Source: a virus. Taken from it: a stretch of 64,000 nucleotides of DNA. This document shows, piece after piece, positions 18,846-28,514 of this stretch. The DNA is taken from positions 33,154 to 97,153 of IMG/VR virus record IMGVR_UViG_3300026557_000002; one strand, written 5' to 3'. Numbering within the stretch: position 1 is the first letter of the stretch; every line of letters begins with the position of its first letter. Under the pieces are notes generated by a model. The model was not told where the DNA came from, searched no databases, and saw nothing but the letters and a program-made list of their open reading frames with translations. A program made the translations under genes and the position numbers.

Positions 18846-19281
18846 TAACCACCTCCAGATTCAAATCCGTTGCCAACTTTTCTAACATGACCAGAGTATT
18901 CTCTTCCTCTGATTTGGCTTCCTGAAAATTGACGCAGTACGCGGATAAGGCGTCGAAAGCAGTCTCGTAGGTCGCGTAAGGCCCATTCTCCAGATTCCAG
19001 CTTTGCTCGTAAAACCAGAAAGTTCCGTCTGTGTGCTCATGAAGCGGATCGCCGTCCGCCTTATCGTAGTTGCAGACAGGTTCAGTCGGCGGCCGAAGGA
19101 TCGCGAGGTCTGCGGCCTTGCCGAGTTCTTTGACCAGTTTAAGCTGCCGGCCAGTGGACTCGCCCTGTCGGAAGGCTACGACCTTGGCGTAATTCAGGTT
19201 GTCTGGCAAAAACTCTCCGTCCGCCAGGATCACGACGATGACCTGGATTCCATTCTCGACTTTTTTGCCTATGACCATCAA
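18802..19281 (-). CDS. Hypothetical protein
   Basis: ORF abutting the MTase gene. Confidence 0.55.
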   Translation of the reverse strand: MMVIGKKVENGIQVIVVILADGEFLPDNLNYAKVVAFRQGESTGRQLKLVKELGKAADLAILRPPTEPVCNYDKADGDPLHEHTDGTFWFYEQSWNLENGPYATYETAFDALSAYCVNFQEAKSEEENTLVMLEKLATDLNLEVVNDSSSEDSTVHPMS

Positions 19282-20517
19282 TCATCCCTTGATTATCATT
19301 TCTACTTCCTGAATCCTTCTGCCTATCCAAGCCATTACAGGGACGGCCATACTGTTCCCGAGGGCTTTGTACCGAGGGCCGTCCGCCGCTTTCTTGCCTA
19401 TCGGGATCAGCGTATAATCGTCTGGAAATCCCTGAAGCCGCTCGCACTCCTTTGGGGTCAAGCGACGAACCAAGGACTTGGTGCAGTCTGCACCAAGTCG
19501 GCCGCTTCTATGGCAAGAGCCTGAGGCTCTATCCGCATTTGAACCGATTGTACCCGAAATCTCCCCGATATCAATATTTGATCCTTTGGTCTGAAAAGCT
19601 ATAATCGGCTGTCCTCGTCCTGTACCATCTTCGCTACCGTCAAAGCCATCGGCTTTCAAGGCGTGGGTTTTTGTTCCTGTAACGCAAACTAGATCTGATG
19701 CACTCTTATAGTCTCTCGCGGACACCGTGGATGCCACCGTGTCGGTTCCGTATTTTCCGGTAGATTGACGATCAAATGTTTGAATCACCCCCGTCGTGTA
19801 ATTAAGACTATACCCGCCTGTTTTCTTAGCTTGAATAGTTCCTGACAATTCTTCATCACCTAACTGTAGATTTCGGAAATCTACAGTTTTGATTCCACCC
19901 CTTCTCTCAGTGCTTTGTCTAATTGGGGGGGAAGAGATTCGCCTCTTTTTTCTGCCCTTCTCAGGATTCCCTGACAGGCTTTCGCGCTCAAAAAGTACCG
20001 CTGCAGCAGGACGCCAGTCTCCAAGATATCCGACAACAAAGACTCGGCGACGTCTTTGGGGAACTCCGAAGTACCGAGCGTCCAGGATTCGGTAAGCGAA
20101 CCCATACCCGAGTTCTTGAATCGCCCCGAGGAAGGAGCCAAAATCCCGTCCTTTTGAACTGCTAAGAACTCCGGGGACGTTTTCCCAAACGAACCACCTA
20201 GGCCGTTTAATGTCAACAAGTCTGAGAAATTCAAGGCATAAGTTGCCACGAGGATCAGCCAGTCCTTTTCGGAGACCGGCGACGGAGAAAGACTGGCAGG
20301 GGGTGCCTCCAACAAGAAGGTTGATTTCGCTTTCTTGGAAGATTTTGTTCTCATATAGCTTCGTCATATCTCCTAAATCGGGAATCTGAGGATAGTGGTG
20401 TGCCAAGACGGCTTTAGGAAACTTCTCTATCTCAGATAACCACTGTGGCTGCCAGCCTAGAGGGTGCCAGGCTACCGAAGCCGCCTCGATTCCTGAACAA
20501 ACCGATCCGTATTTCAT
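19282..20517 (-). CDS. dcm: DNA cytosine-5 methyltransferase
   Basis: CSGIEA (I), GTPCQSFS (IV), ENV (VI), QRRRR (VIII), RRLTPKECERLQGFP (IX), GNSMAV (X). Confidence 0.95.
   Translation of the reverse strand: MKYGSVCSGIEAASVAWHPLGWQPQWLSEIEKFPKAVLAHHYPQIPDLGDMTKLYENKIFQESEINLLVGGTPCQSFSVAGLRKGLADPRGNLCLEFLRLVDIKRPRWFVWENVPGVLSSSKGRDFGSFLGAIQELGYGFAYRILDARYFGVPQRRRRVFVVGYLGDWRPAAAVLFERESLSGNPEKGRKKRRISSPPIRQSTERRGGIKTVDFRNLQLGDEELSGTIQAKKTGGYSLNYTTGVIQTFDRQSTGKYGTDTVASTVSARDYKSASDLVCVTGTKTHALKADGFDGSEDGTGRGQPIIAFQTKGSNIDIGEISGTIGSNADRASGSCHRSGRLGADCTKSLVRRLTPKECERLQGFPDDYTLIPIGKKAADGPRYKALGNSMAVPVMAWIGRRIQEVEMIIKG
19881..20354 (-). CDS. Nested alternative-frame ORF (M.EcoHK31I beta-like polypeptide)
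   Basis: 157 aa same-strand ORF inside dcm; NSGM...SLLSDILE...YFLSAKACQGILRRAEKRG. Confidence 0.55.
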   Translation of the reverse strand: MRTKSSKKAKSTFLLEAPPASLSPSPVSEKDWLILVATYALNFSDLLTLNGLGGSFGKTSPEFLAVQKDGILAPSSGRFKNSGMGSLTESWTLGTSEFPKDVAESLLSDILETGVLLQRYFLSAKACQGILRRAEKRGESLPPQLDKALREGVESKL

Positions 20518-20565
20518 TCCCTTGATTTCCTTTTAAAACAGGTACGATTCAATGACAACTATTGC

Positions 20566-20871
20566 TTACTGATTTGGCCTTCTCTGCGTCAATGCTTCCC
20601 GCTTTTCAACATGAAGCATCTGCATGCGCTCAATCGTCCTTTTCATCCTGATCTCTTCGTCATTCAACTCGTCTAGTAAAACACGGAATTCTTCGTATGT
20701 CAAGACCTTTTTATCTTTTTCTTCTACGGCGACCTTATCGAAGGATCTCTTCAAAACGGTGAACTCTTCGCCGCTGGGCCCGATTACCTGATAGAAGCCT
20801 CCGCCCGCCGTCAGCTTGGCCTTGACTTGGGTCCCTTGTACCAAATACGTCTTGTACCCGTCGATCTCCAT
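20566..20871 (-). CDS. Hypothetical protein
   Basis: GGAGG RBS before MEIDGY. Confidence 0.55.
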   Translation of the reverse strand: MEIDGYKTYLVQGTQVKAKLTAGGGFYQVIGPSGEEFTVLKRSFDKVAVEEKDKKVLTYEEFRVLLDELNDEEIRMKRTIERMQMLHVEKREALTQRRPNQ

Positions 20872-21044
20872 CAAACCCTCCCTAGGTGGCATTTGCAATC
20901 ACACGGCTCGCCGGCCCCGCCGATCTTGCCGTCAAACTTATGCCCGCACTTTGGGCAAACCGTCGCCATACAGACGTTCGTGCTAGACTTTGCCGCTGGC
21001 TTAATGGCGAACGGAAAGGGCTCCAGATCTTTGTATTCGGTCAT
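20871..21044 (-). CDS. Small Cys-rich protein (below ORF-track cutoff)
   Basis: 57 aa MTEYKDL...CPKCGH...CDCKCH; overlaps both neighbours. Confidence 0.55.
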   Translation of the reverse strand: MTEYKDLEPFPFAIKPAAKSSTNVCMATVCPKCGHKFDGKIGGAGEPCDCKCHLGRV

Positions 21045-21226
21045 TCTGTCTCCAAGTAACCGATGAACTCTTTCCAGGCTTTAGACTTCGTATCAATCAG
21101 ACTCGTCACGCCCGACTCTGGCCAGATGATGTGAACTGTCGATCCGGACTGTATCACTTCTCCTAGCTCGTTGTCAAGCAGGACTATCGTGCCGACAGGA
21201 AGCGCTTGGAGTAATTCCGGAGCCAT
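21041..21226 (-). CDS. Hypothetical protein
   Basis: ORF track; operon packing. Confidence 0.55.
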   Translation of the reverse strand: MAPELLQALPVGTIVLLDNELGEVIQSGSTVHIIWPESGVTSLIDTKSKAWKEFIGYLETE

Positions 21227-21496
21227 CTAAATCCGTCCTTTATCTGCAGCCAACCGTGCGAGTCGATAAACGTCATCCAAATCTGGAGATTCTGTGCCCC
21301 AAACACCCCATGCTGAGGGCACAGAAAAAACTCAAAAACTTCTCTCACTTCGGTCTCGATTCAATTAATTTTTCGACGTACGCGTTTACAATCAAAATCT
21401 CCTCACGAGTCAATTTTTGACGGATATCGTCAAACCTGTTTCTAGCTTCTTGATCCTCGGTAATCATAACCCATCGACGATAGCCTTCGGGGAACA

Positions 21497-21841
21497 TTAA
21501 AATTTCTTTCCTCCGTGTTTATACGGCCTGGATTCATTGAACGCCATTTTAGCAATAACGGCCTCGGCGACCCTAAGATTGAAATGGTAGGCGCTATCCA
21601 TTATTCGGATGATCACGTCGGCGAACTCTTCTTCGGCTCCCGTAAATTCTGGAATGTGATCGCTAGGAGGGTCTCCGTGCCGATAGGACTCCAAGGCTTC
21701 GGACAATTCTGAGTGCATCAAGGCTATCACTTCGCCAAAATTCTTCGGCTCTTCATGAAATCCATGATCTTTGCTGATGTTATAGGCGGTGTACTGTTTG
21801 CTTGTGAATGCCTGAACGAAAGCGTTGTCTTGTAATCCCAT
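21497..21841 (-). CDS. MazG-like nucleotide pyrophosphohydrolase
   Basis: HSELSEALE and EEEFADVIIRIMD; likely start MGLQDN. Confidence 0.85.
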   Translation of the reverse strand: MGLQDNAFVQAFTSKQYTAYNISKDHGFHEEPKNFGEVIALMHSELSEALESYRHGDPPSDHIPEFTGAEEEFADVIIRIMDSAYHFNLRVAEAVIAKMAFNESRPYKHGGKKF

Positions 21842-21999
21842 TACATTATCCTCACTGCGACCATAATACCGGTGGCCGAGACCCAATAAAGAACTCGCTT
21901 CCAATCGCCTTGGAGAGCGTAACCGATAGCTGCACAAACGTCAAGAACTATGCCGACGGAGACGAAGAAATTGCCCCAGTTGATATTATGTAAAATCAT
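21841..21999 (-). CDS. Small two-helix membrane protein (below ORF-track cutoff)
   Basis: 52 aa MILHNINWGNFFVSVGIVLDVCAAIGY...VLYWVSATGIMVAVRIM; overlaps both neighbours. Confidence 0.55.
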   Translation of the reverse strand: MILHNINWGNFFVSVGIVLDVCAAIGYALQGDWKRVLYWVSATGIMVAVRIM

Positions 22000-22250
22000 G
22001 ATTTCGGATACGCCACCGAGAACGTACTCCTGAATTCCGGTCGGAACTGGTTAACGCCATGATTCACGATGCCACCTTTGCCGAGCGCGGTGTATTGGAT
22101 AAAATGGCTCTTTCCGGTAACTTCATTCGAGCTAAACCTGATGACCTTGCGCTCGTTCTCGTCTCCGTCTCGGAGTTCTTGAAACAAACGGTCGCGCTGG
22201 TCTTTGTCCGCCATCGTCAGGACTTCAAATTCTGTGAATGGTTTTTTCAT
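21996..22250 (-). CDS. Hypothetical protein
   Basis: ORF track. Confidence 0.55.
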   Translation of the reverse strand: MKKPFTEFEVLTMADKDQRDRLFQELRDGDENERKVIRFSSNEVTGKSHFIQYTALGKGGIVNHGVNQFRPEFRSTFSVAYPKS

Positions 22251-22269
22251 GGAATTACGTTTAGTCCCC

Positions 22270-22587
22270 TTATCCGTTGCTGATTTCCGCCGCTATGCCA
22301 ATTGAGATTTTCTCAAAATCTTGCCAAGAACCGTCACTAACAAACATAAGAATAGGCTGTAGTGGTTCGCCAAACGTTAGTAGTTGGAGATAAATATCCG
22401 CCCCCTTCGCTATCGCTTCCCGCTGTTCCGGGGTAGGCTCCCAATGGCTTAATACACGGCGATCTTTGTCGTTTCCTACCAGCGTTCGCAAGGCGATGTA
22501 CTGCGGTTGATCTTTTGCGTAGACAATCTCTTTATGCTCAAGCCCGTCAATTACTGGGCCGTCTTTAGGTTTTAGATATGAAATCAT
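22270..22587 (-). CDS. Conserved-type phage hypothetical protein
   Basis: AGGAG RBS; YAKDQPQY...W.PT.EQR...LLTFG.PLQP. Confidence 0.65.
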   Translation of the reverse strand: MISYLKPKDGPVIDGLEHKEIVYAKDQPQYIALRTLVGNDKDRRVLSHWEPTPEQREAIAKGADIYLQLLTFGEPLQPILMFVSDGSWQDFEKISIGIAAEISNG

Positions 22588-22599
22588 GTTTGTATCTCC

Positions 22600-22773
22600 T
22601 AAAAGAACAAAAGTCCCGCCAGAACCAGAATCCCGATCTCCAAAACAACTCTTAAAACTATCCTCATGTGTCCTCAGGACGAGGTCGGCCTCTTGCTACC
22701 TTGAAGCCGACCTCCGCGGTTGTGGTCGCTATCCTTCGGGGCACTTTCGGTTTCCCTATCCTCCCCGATCGAG
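22600..22773 (-). ncRNA. Candidate structured RNA or long 5' leader
   Basis: ORF-free on - strand, downstream of a promoter; 12-bp hairpin, TCGGGG/CCCCGA helix, GG-GAAA-CC, three AGGATAG. Confidence 0.4.
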
Positions 22774-22778
22774 CCTTG

Positions 22779-22807
22779 ACTGTATCAGTTATTCGGCGGG
22801 TTGTCAA
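22779..22807 (-). promoter_or_regulatory. sigma70-like promoter
   Basis: TTGACA-N17-TACAGT with extended TG. Confidence 0.6.
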
Positions 22808-22985
22808 GATAATTCTTCATGGCCTGTACAGATGGTTCTGGTAACGGGATATACGGACGGTTATACTCGTTGATCCAACTAACGATGTGCGCGGAGTGCT
22901 CCAACGCCTCGATATAATGCTCCGTGCATTTCCGTACCCCGCGGATTTCATAGCGGGCTGTTTGGGCACAATCTGCGCAGATCAT
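22785..22985 (-). CDS. Small Zn-finger-like protein
   Basis: CADC...CTEH; ATGA overlap. Confidence 0.55.
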   Translation of the reverse strand: MICADCAQTARYEIRGVRKCTEHYIEALEHSAHIVSWINEYNRPYIPLPEPSVQAMKNYLDNPPNN

Positions 22986-23857
22986 TGTGCGCCCGACGTG
23001 AAGGACTTGACCGCTCCAGTTGCTTTGAACAAGACAATCGAGAAATTGGCTTGACTAACCTTTGGCATCAAGGTCAGAACTAATCCGCCATCGTAGAAGG
23101 TTTGCCCGACTTGACTCCCCATCGCAACCAACGTGACTTGGTACGTCTCCGTACTAGCCAGGGTAAAAACTCCTATCGCGGCACCAGTCACAGAATCGGG
23201 AGTCAGATTTAGTTGACCGATTGTATTTTTAGGATCGGTAATATCGTTGACATTCACAGTCAAAATCGTAGGAATTGAGCCATCGTCGTATGTTGCTGAA
23301 ATCGAGACGGTCACGATGTTCTGAAGCGGTGGTGGAGGAGGAACATTAGGAGTAGCGGTCAAGGTTACGTTGTCGAAAATTGCCTGGCCGTTAGTGGATG
23401 CTAAGGAGATGATAAGTTCACCTGTTGGCGTAGGGCACGGCAAAGTAATGGGTACAAGCGATCCTGACTGGGCATAACTTGCAGTTCCACTAACAGAGCA
23501 TCCCGCATACGACACAGTATACGCGCCGCCATAACCAGATTGGCTGCCTACCGATACTGTGAGAGAATAATTTTTAGTGGGATCTGCTGGCCCAGAATCT
23601 TGCGTACAAAATGCCCCGCCGTTAATCCAGACCACGGTATTGCCCTTGATCCCGCTGCTGAGTTGCGCAGGCGTCGGATTTTGCATCCCATGACCGCCGC
23701 CGACGTTAGGACAAGTCCATCCTGTGGGTGTTCCGTAATTGTAGTTTCCGGTTGGTGGATTTGCTTCGAACGACGGATTGATAATCGGAACCTGTTGTCC
23801 ATATCCAAGTGGAACCAATATTGATAACGCGAGTAGAAGAAACAGAGCCTTTTTCAT
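22982..23857 (-). CDS. Secreted protein with CBM/galactose-binding-like domain
   Basis: Sec signal peptide; INPSFE...GW...FDNVTL jelly-roll signature; PPPPP linker; second beta domain. Confidence 0.7.
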   Translation of the reverse strand: MKKALFLLLALSILVPLGYGQQVPIINPSFEANPPTGNYNYGTPTGWTCPNVGGGHGMQNPTPAQLSSGIKGNTVVWINGGAFCTQDSGPADPTKNYSLTVSVGSQSGYGGAYTVSYAGCSVSGTASYAQSGSLVPITLPCPTPTGELIISLASTNGQAIFDNVTLTATPNVPPPPPLQNIVTVSISATYDDGSIPTILTVNVNDITDPKNTIGQLNLTPDSVTGAAIGVFTLASTETYQVTLVAMGSQVGQTFYDGGLVLTLMPKVSQANFSIVLFKATGAVKSFTSGAQ

Positions 23858-23943
23858 ATATCCCCCGATATATTGTACCCCGGGACTTGGTCTTCTTGCA
23901 TGGGGTGCAGCCGCCGCCCGAGGCTAGATTTAACTCCGAGACC

Positions 23944-23972
23944 AATATGCTCTCGGGAAGAAACCTTGTCAA
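23944..23972 (-). promoter_or_regulatory. sigma70-like promoter
   Basis: TTGACA-N17-CATATT. Confidence 0.5.
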
Positions 23973-23981
23973 GCCTTATTT

Positions 23982-24506
23982 TCACTTTTTATCTAGTACT
24001 TTTTCGCACCAAAGGCATACGGGGAAGGGCTCGGTCAGCATGTACTCTTCATAAACAAAAGTCTGGCAGACATAGCATTTGAGGTCAGGCGGGATTGATT
24101 TTGGATACGGAGAAACATACGGGGGTTCTGGCGGCAAATCTTTCGGCCCAATCCAGCAATGCTCTCCGCAATCATGATCTGGAGCATCCGGAGTTTTATC
24201 TGGAGTCTTCTTCGCCTCCGCCTGAGCCTTCTTCATCAACTTCTTGACTTCGTCGTTCTTGGCCTTAATATCGGCTAGCCGCTGGTAGACTAGATAAGCT
24301 GCGTCCGTTATAGTCAGGCCCGATGCGGGTTTGTTTTTGCGGATTCGTTCGAGTGCCGGGAGTCCGGGAGGAGGCGCGTACCAGGTCCAGTCAGGCGGGC
24401 CGGATGTCATGAACTTGGCGGCTTTACAGGCGTCGAGATCGCCCTGGAAGTCCTGGCTAAACTGAGCCACGAAGAGATGACTGACGGGATTGTAGTCAAT
24501 CAACAT
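23982..24506 (-). CDS. Hypothetical protein with C-terminal CxxC pair
   Basis: Likely start MLIDY overlapping the upstream stop. Confidence 0.55.
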   Translation of the reverse strand: MLIDYNPVSHLFVAQFSQDFQGDLDACKAAKFMTSGPPDWTWYAPPPGLPALERIRKNKPASGLTITDAAYLVYQRLADIKAKNDEVKKLMKKAQAEAKKTPDKTPDAPDHDCGEHCWIGPKDLPPEPPYVSPYPKSIPPDLKCYVCQTFVYEEYMLTEPFPVCLWCEKVLDKK

Positions 24507-25093
24507 CAGATCGGAGGTTCTCCGCCGTTGCTTTCGCCGGCGGCCGCGACCATCCACTTAATGTTGTGCTGCTTGATCCTGCCCGCTATGATATGCGGCC
24601 TCAAGGCGTCTCCGACCATCCGGTCCTCGAACTGATATCCCGAAACGTCAAAGTCCGCGACTATCTGCATCGCTTTCCTGGATAAAAAATATCCGAAGCC
24701 TGAACAGTGAACTGGCGGATAGTGGTCGCGAGGAAAACAAGAGCCTGCGTAATCGTACTTCGTGTAATCAAATGCTCGGAAGCGTTTCTCATCGGGGACG
24801 GTGTCGCAATCTATTTTAAACAGATATGAGTAATTATGTTCTAATGCCCAAAAGCAAATTGCTTGAACTTTTAAAGGTAGATCAAAATATTCGTCTGGCG
24901 TATCAAGACAAATCCTATCATTAAATGTGTGAACAACTTTGTGTGAGTAAGCCGCTTTCGTGCGGCTATGCGTGTAGCCTGTAAAAAATCGCGTATCCGC
25001 GACATCCGAAAAAGGCACCCACTTAATTCGGATACTATCGTGAAGACCTTGATCCCTGCGACAACTGGCGACGGCGATGAGGAGTTTTGTCAT
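24506..25093 (-). CDS. GT31-like galactosyltransferase
   Basis: DEYFDLPLKV, KIDCDT, SGFGYFLSR, EDRMVG. Confidence 0.8.
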   Translation of the reverse strand: MTKLLIAVASCRRDQGLHDSIRIKWVPFSDVADTRFFTGYTHSRTKAAYSHKVVHTFNDRICLDTPDEYFDLPLKVQAICFWALEHNYSYLFKIDCDTVPDEKRFRAFDYTKYDYAGSCFPRDHYPPVHCSGFGYFLSRKAMQIVADFDVSGYQFEDRMVGDALRPHIIAGRIKQHNIKWMVAAAGESNGGEPPI

Positions 25094-25361
25094 GCTTTTC
25101 GGTCAGGGAACTCGAAACCGCTATCATATCGAAAATTAGAAAATGTTGTTCCGAGAAATATGATGCCGCAACGCGAACATCATAAGTTTACCAGCATTTT
25201 CGGGAAGCCCTAGTTAATTTATTTCTCTCTTTTTCGTATAATTTTTGGCGCAGTCTATGAGCTACCGATCCAATTTGACAATTGTTTTCTCGGACTGCCA
25301 AAAGAAATTCTTTAGCCTCTTTTGCGTACCCGTTTATAGCTGCTATAAAATAAGCCCCAAG

Positions 25362-25550
25362 TCATCGGTGCACCATCTCTAAAATCTTGTAAAGCACAAT
25401 CGCGGACGCCAATCCGCTCAGGAGTGCGCAAGCCGTCCGGACTAGAGACATCGCGAACAAAATCTTTTCTCGCCGAGTCACGATTTCGGCTCTAAGGATA
25501 TCGTTTGAACCGCTTTTTTCTCGGCTTGTTTTCTCTTCGCTTGCCGCCAT
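25362..25550 (-). CDS. Small membrane protein (holin/antiholin candidate)
   Basis: Single hydrophobic segment; downstream of endolysin. Confidence 0.4.
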   Translation of the reverse strand: MAASEEKTSREKSGSNDILRAEIVTRREKILFAMSLVRTACALLSGLASAIVLYKILEMVHR

Positions 25551-25660
25551 TCGGCCCTCTCTTCAAAACGATGCTTGTTCATTGCCCATACAGACCACTC
25601 AAAGTACATGACGAAGAAACCCTGTATCGTAATCAAAACTAGCAGGATGGTATCTACCAT
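25478..25660 (-). CDS. Putative holin
   Basis: N-terminal TM with basic C-terminus, directly after endolysin. Confidence 0.5.
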   Translation of the reverse strand: MVDTILLVLITIQGFFVMYFEWSVWAMNKHRFEERAEWRQAKRKQAEKKAVQTISLEPKS

Positions 25661-25665
25661 AGGTC

Positions 25666-26133
25666 CTAAGAGTTGATGCGGTTAAGCCAGCCTTGAATAA
25701 AAATTCTCTCTTGTGGCTTAGCGGTTACTACATTGAAAGCATGGGTTGCCAAGTTGCCTTTGAAACTCTTGAGCAAAGTCATTTCCTCAGCCTGGTTGAC
25801 GGCCGTCAGCGTCCCAGATCCGAACATTCCGTCTTGCACAACACCCAAAGTAAGTTGGAGGATTGTGATTGCGGTTCCGACTCCAAAAAGCACCCCAAGA
25901 TCGAAAAGTTTTTCAGCTACTGCTTGGCTCTCGATTTGGGAATAGAGATTTTTCCAATATCCCTCTTTATAAATTTCGATGGCTTGGGCCTGAGTCAAGT
26001 TCTTAATATCTAGGTTCGGGTATTCTCTTTTGGAGATTCCGAAATTCGTTTCTCCTCCGGGGTCCGAAGACGAGTTTGTATATCCGCCTTCATGAACTAG
26101 AGTTTTGGATATCGCTATCGTGCTATCAGACAT
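25666..26133 (-). CDS. Endolysin, GH108 lysozyme with peptidoglycan-binding domain
   Basis: HEGGY, DPGGETNFGI, DGMFGSGT, F.QGWLNR; GAGGAG RBS before MSDSTI. Confidence 0.92.
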   Translation of the reverse strand: MSDSTIAISKTLVHEGGYTNSSSDPGGETNFGISKREYPNLDIKNLTQAQAIEIYKEGYWKNLYSQIESQAVAEKLFDLGVLFGVGTAITILQLTLGVVQDGMFGSGTLTAVNQAEEMTLLKSFKGNLATHAFNVVTAKPQERIFIQGWLNRINS

Positions 26134-26344
26134 TAGAAATCTCCTCACTAGTCCACCGACGCCATCTTTGTTTGCAAAACGGGCACATCCACTCGCTCGT
26201 GCCATCGTATTCGGCGGTCTCGATGCCAATCAAATGGCTGAAAAACTCGCCTGCGAACAAATGCTTGTCTTTTTCAGGGATCTCGCCAGCGACCCAACTC
26301 TTATGACACTTAGGGCACTCTCGAGCCTGACTTGAAAATTTCAT
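26126..26344 (-). CDS. Small Zn-ribbon protein
   Basis: CPKC...[12 protein letters not shown]. Confidence 0.6.
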   Translation of the reverse strand: MKFSSQARECPKCHKSWVAGEIPEKDKHLFAGEFFSHLIGIETAEYDGTSEWMCPFCKQRWRRWTSEEISNV

Positions 26345-27297
26345 CTCTTCTCTCCGTAAAATTCGGCGTTTACCATCAGATTCACTAGACCTCTAAATTT
26401 AGTCTTGGCTTCCCAGCCAAGATTTTTCTTGGCTTTCGATGGATCCCCTAAAAGAAGATCTACCTCGGCGGGTCGAAAGTTCCCTGAATCTATCACGACG
26501 TATTTAGTCCAGTCAAGTCCCAAATAATTGAACGCCTCGCACAAAAACTCTCGTACCGAATGCGTCTCTCCTGTCGCCAATACGTAGTCATCCGGTTTGG
26601 ACTGTTGTAGCATTCTCCACATTCCTTCCACGTACTCGGGAGCATAACCCCAGTCCCGTTGGGCATCAAGATTTCCTAAAGAGAGAGTTTTTTGTTCGCC
26701 TTTAAGAATCTGAACTGCGGCCTTAACGATTTTCTTAGTTACGAAATTCTCTCCTCGACGAAAACTTTCGTGATTCATCAAAATTCCATTACAGGCGAAT
26801 ATCCCGTATGTCTCTCGATAGTTCAAGACCGTTTGATGTCCGAAATGTTTTGCTATAGCGTAAGGGCTTTGTGGATTAAACGGGGTGTTCTCGTTTTGTG
26901 GCGTTTCTTTAACCTTGCCGAACAACTCGCTTGTTCCGGCTTGATAAAATTTGCATTCTGGGACAACTTTACGGACTATTTCCAACAGGCGAAGAACTCC
27001 TAATCCGTCAATGTTGGCCGCATACTCAGGAGTATGAAAGCTGACTCCGACGTGCGACATAGCCGCAAGGTTGTAGATTTCGTCGGGTTCAACTTCTTTT
27101 ATAACGTTGTGTAGGCTGCTTGTATCCGCTAGGTCCCCGTCATAAATCTTGATTCGGTCTAAGATATGACTAATTCGTCCGAGGTTGGCACTGCTTGAAC
27201 GACGAACCATGCCGTGAACCTCGTATCCTTTTTCTAGAAGAAGCTCAGATAAATACGATCCATCTTGGCCGCCGCAACCAGTCACGAGTGCTTTCAT
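26341..27297 (-). CDS. gmd: GDP-mannose 4,6-dehydratase
   Basis: [51 protein letters not shown]. Confidence 0.97.
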   Translation of the reverse strand: MKALVTGCGGQDGSYLSELLLEKGYEVHGMVRRSSSANLGRISHILDRIKIYDGDLADTSSLHNVIKEVEPDEIYNLAAMSHVGVSFHTPEYAANIDGLGVLRLLEIVRKVVPECKFYQAGTSELFGKVKETPQNENTPFNPQSPYAIAKHFGHQTVLNYRETYGIFACNGILMNHESFRRGENFVTKKIVKAAVQILKGEQKTLSLGNLDAQRDWGYAPEYVEGMWRMLQQSKPDDYVLATGETHSVREFLCEAFNYLGLDWTKYVVIDSGNFRPAEVDLLLGDPSKAKKNLGWEAKTKFRGLVNLMVNAEFYGEKR

Positions 27298-28514
27298 ACT
27301 ACCTCCAATTTAGGCAAAGGAAAAACCAATCTTTGGCCCGCGTACTTCGGATTCTCTACAAAGAACTTCCTGAAGTGCCAAGGCAATACGATCAAGTAAT
27401 CTGGCTTCATAGCAAGTGCCCTACTTTCAGGGATGATTGGTATCCCGCTTCCCGGCGTGTAAGATCCGAACTTATCTGGGTTCACCTCGCCTATATACGA
27501 GATATTCTTTTCTGTCAGGCCGCAGTACTGCAACAAAACGTTTCCTTTGGTGGAGGCACCGAGCGCAGCCACGCTACATCCTTGAGATCGAACTAATTTG
27601 ATAAACTCAAGCAAGTCCTGCTTTGACTGAGCCGCCTGCAACCCGAAGTCGAAATAAGGCCGGATTGTATCTAAGCCTAGTTCTCGCTCTTTGTCAAGGA
27701 CTTTCTGGACATCAGGTGACTCGGGTCCGGTCTTGGACATCGTGACCGAGATACTACCCCCGTTGACGTCGTTGAACTCGATGCATCGAATAATGAAGCC
27801 GACGCGGTCAGCCATGAACTTGATCTGTTTCAGGGCATAAAATTCTAGGTGTTCGTGACAGACTGTGTCGTAAGAATTTGTCTCTAACATGCTAGGCATG
27901 TAACTTTGCTCAAAGACCCAGATACCATCTTCGTGAAGGACTTCGTGTATTTCGGCCATGAAGCCTGTCGGATCTTCGAGATCATAAAACATAGAAAATG
28001 ATGTGACGACTTTTGCCTTTTTTGAAAAGCATCTTCGAAGCAACGAGGCAGAAAAGAACTCGCAAATTAGCATGGTGTACTTAGAATAACAATCTTCAAA
28101 CTTGACTCCAGCCGGATCAAATCCTATTAAAGTTAAATCTGAAGGATAAGCACGTAGAGTAGTGCCGTCATTGCTGCCGATATCCACGACAAGGTCGCCC
28201 GCGTCTAGTTTGATCTGGGACAAGATTCTTCTAACCTTGTCTTGAAGGTGCCGAACCATACTAGGATTCAAACCGGAACGGTATCCGTAATTCTCGCCGT
28301 ACATCTCACCTGAGTTGTAAGAGTGTGCTAGCTGGAGCAATCCGCACACATCCTGACCTTGGCATTTGACTAGACGCAGCGGACCTCGGGTTATCTTCCC
28401 ATCCTTGATCTTGGGGAAGACGCCTGTCAGCATTTGCTCGCCCAAATCCAAGACTTGGACAAGGTTAGCATTTCCGCATATCCGGCATCTGTCGATCTTC
28501 TTAAACTTTCCCAT
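27294..28514 (-). CDS. NDP-hexose C-methyltransferase (Zn-binding, SAM and C-terminal domains)
   Basis: [46 protein letters not shown]; alternative start 28538. Confidence 0.9.
   Translation of the reverse strand: MGKFKKIDRCRICGNANLVQVLDLGEQMLTGVFPKIKDGKITRGPLRLVKCQGQDVCGLLQLAHSYNSGEMYGENYGYRSGLNPSMVRHLQDKVRRILSQIKLDAGDLVVDIGSNDGTTLRAYPSDLTLIGFDPAGVKFEDCYSKYTMLICEFFSASLLRRCFSKKAKVVTSFSMFYDLEDPTGFMAEIHEVLHEDGIWVFEQSYMPSMLETNSYDTVCHEHLEFYALKQIKFMADRVGFIIRCIEFNDVNGGSISVTMSKTGPESPDVQKVLDKERELGLDTIRPYFDFGLQAAQSKQDLLEFIKLVRSQGCSVAALGASTKGNVLLQYCGLTEKNISYIGEVNPDKFGSYTPGSGIPIIPESRALAMKPDYLIVLPWHFRKFFVENPKYAGQRLVFPLPKLEVV

Noticed and set aside
22615-22800. 6S-like RNA closed by CCCGCC/GGCGGG
   Set aside because: The 5' arm lies within the promoter spacer and upstream CDS, so that promoter would not transcribe it
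23860-23940. Riboswitch, ribozyme or tRNA in the leader of the secreted protein
   Set aside because: Only short hairpins; no recognisable family consensus
25090-25365. Stop-codon recoding suggested by short interrupted frames
   Set aside because: All conserved genes read intact in the standard code; this looks like local decay
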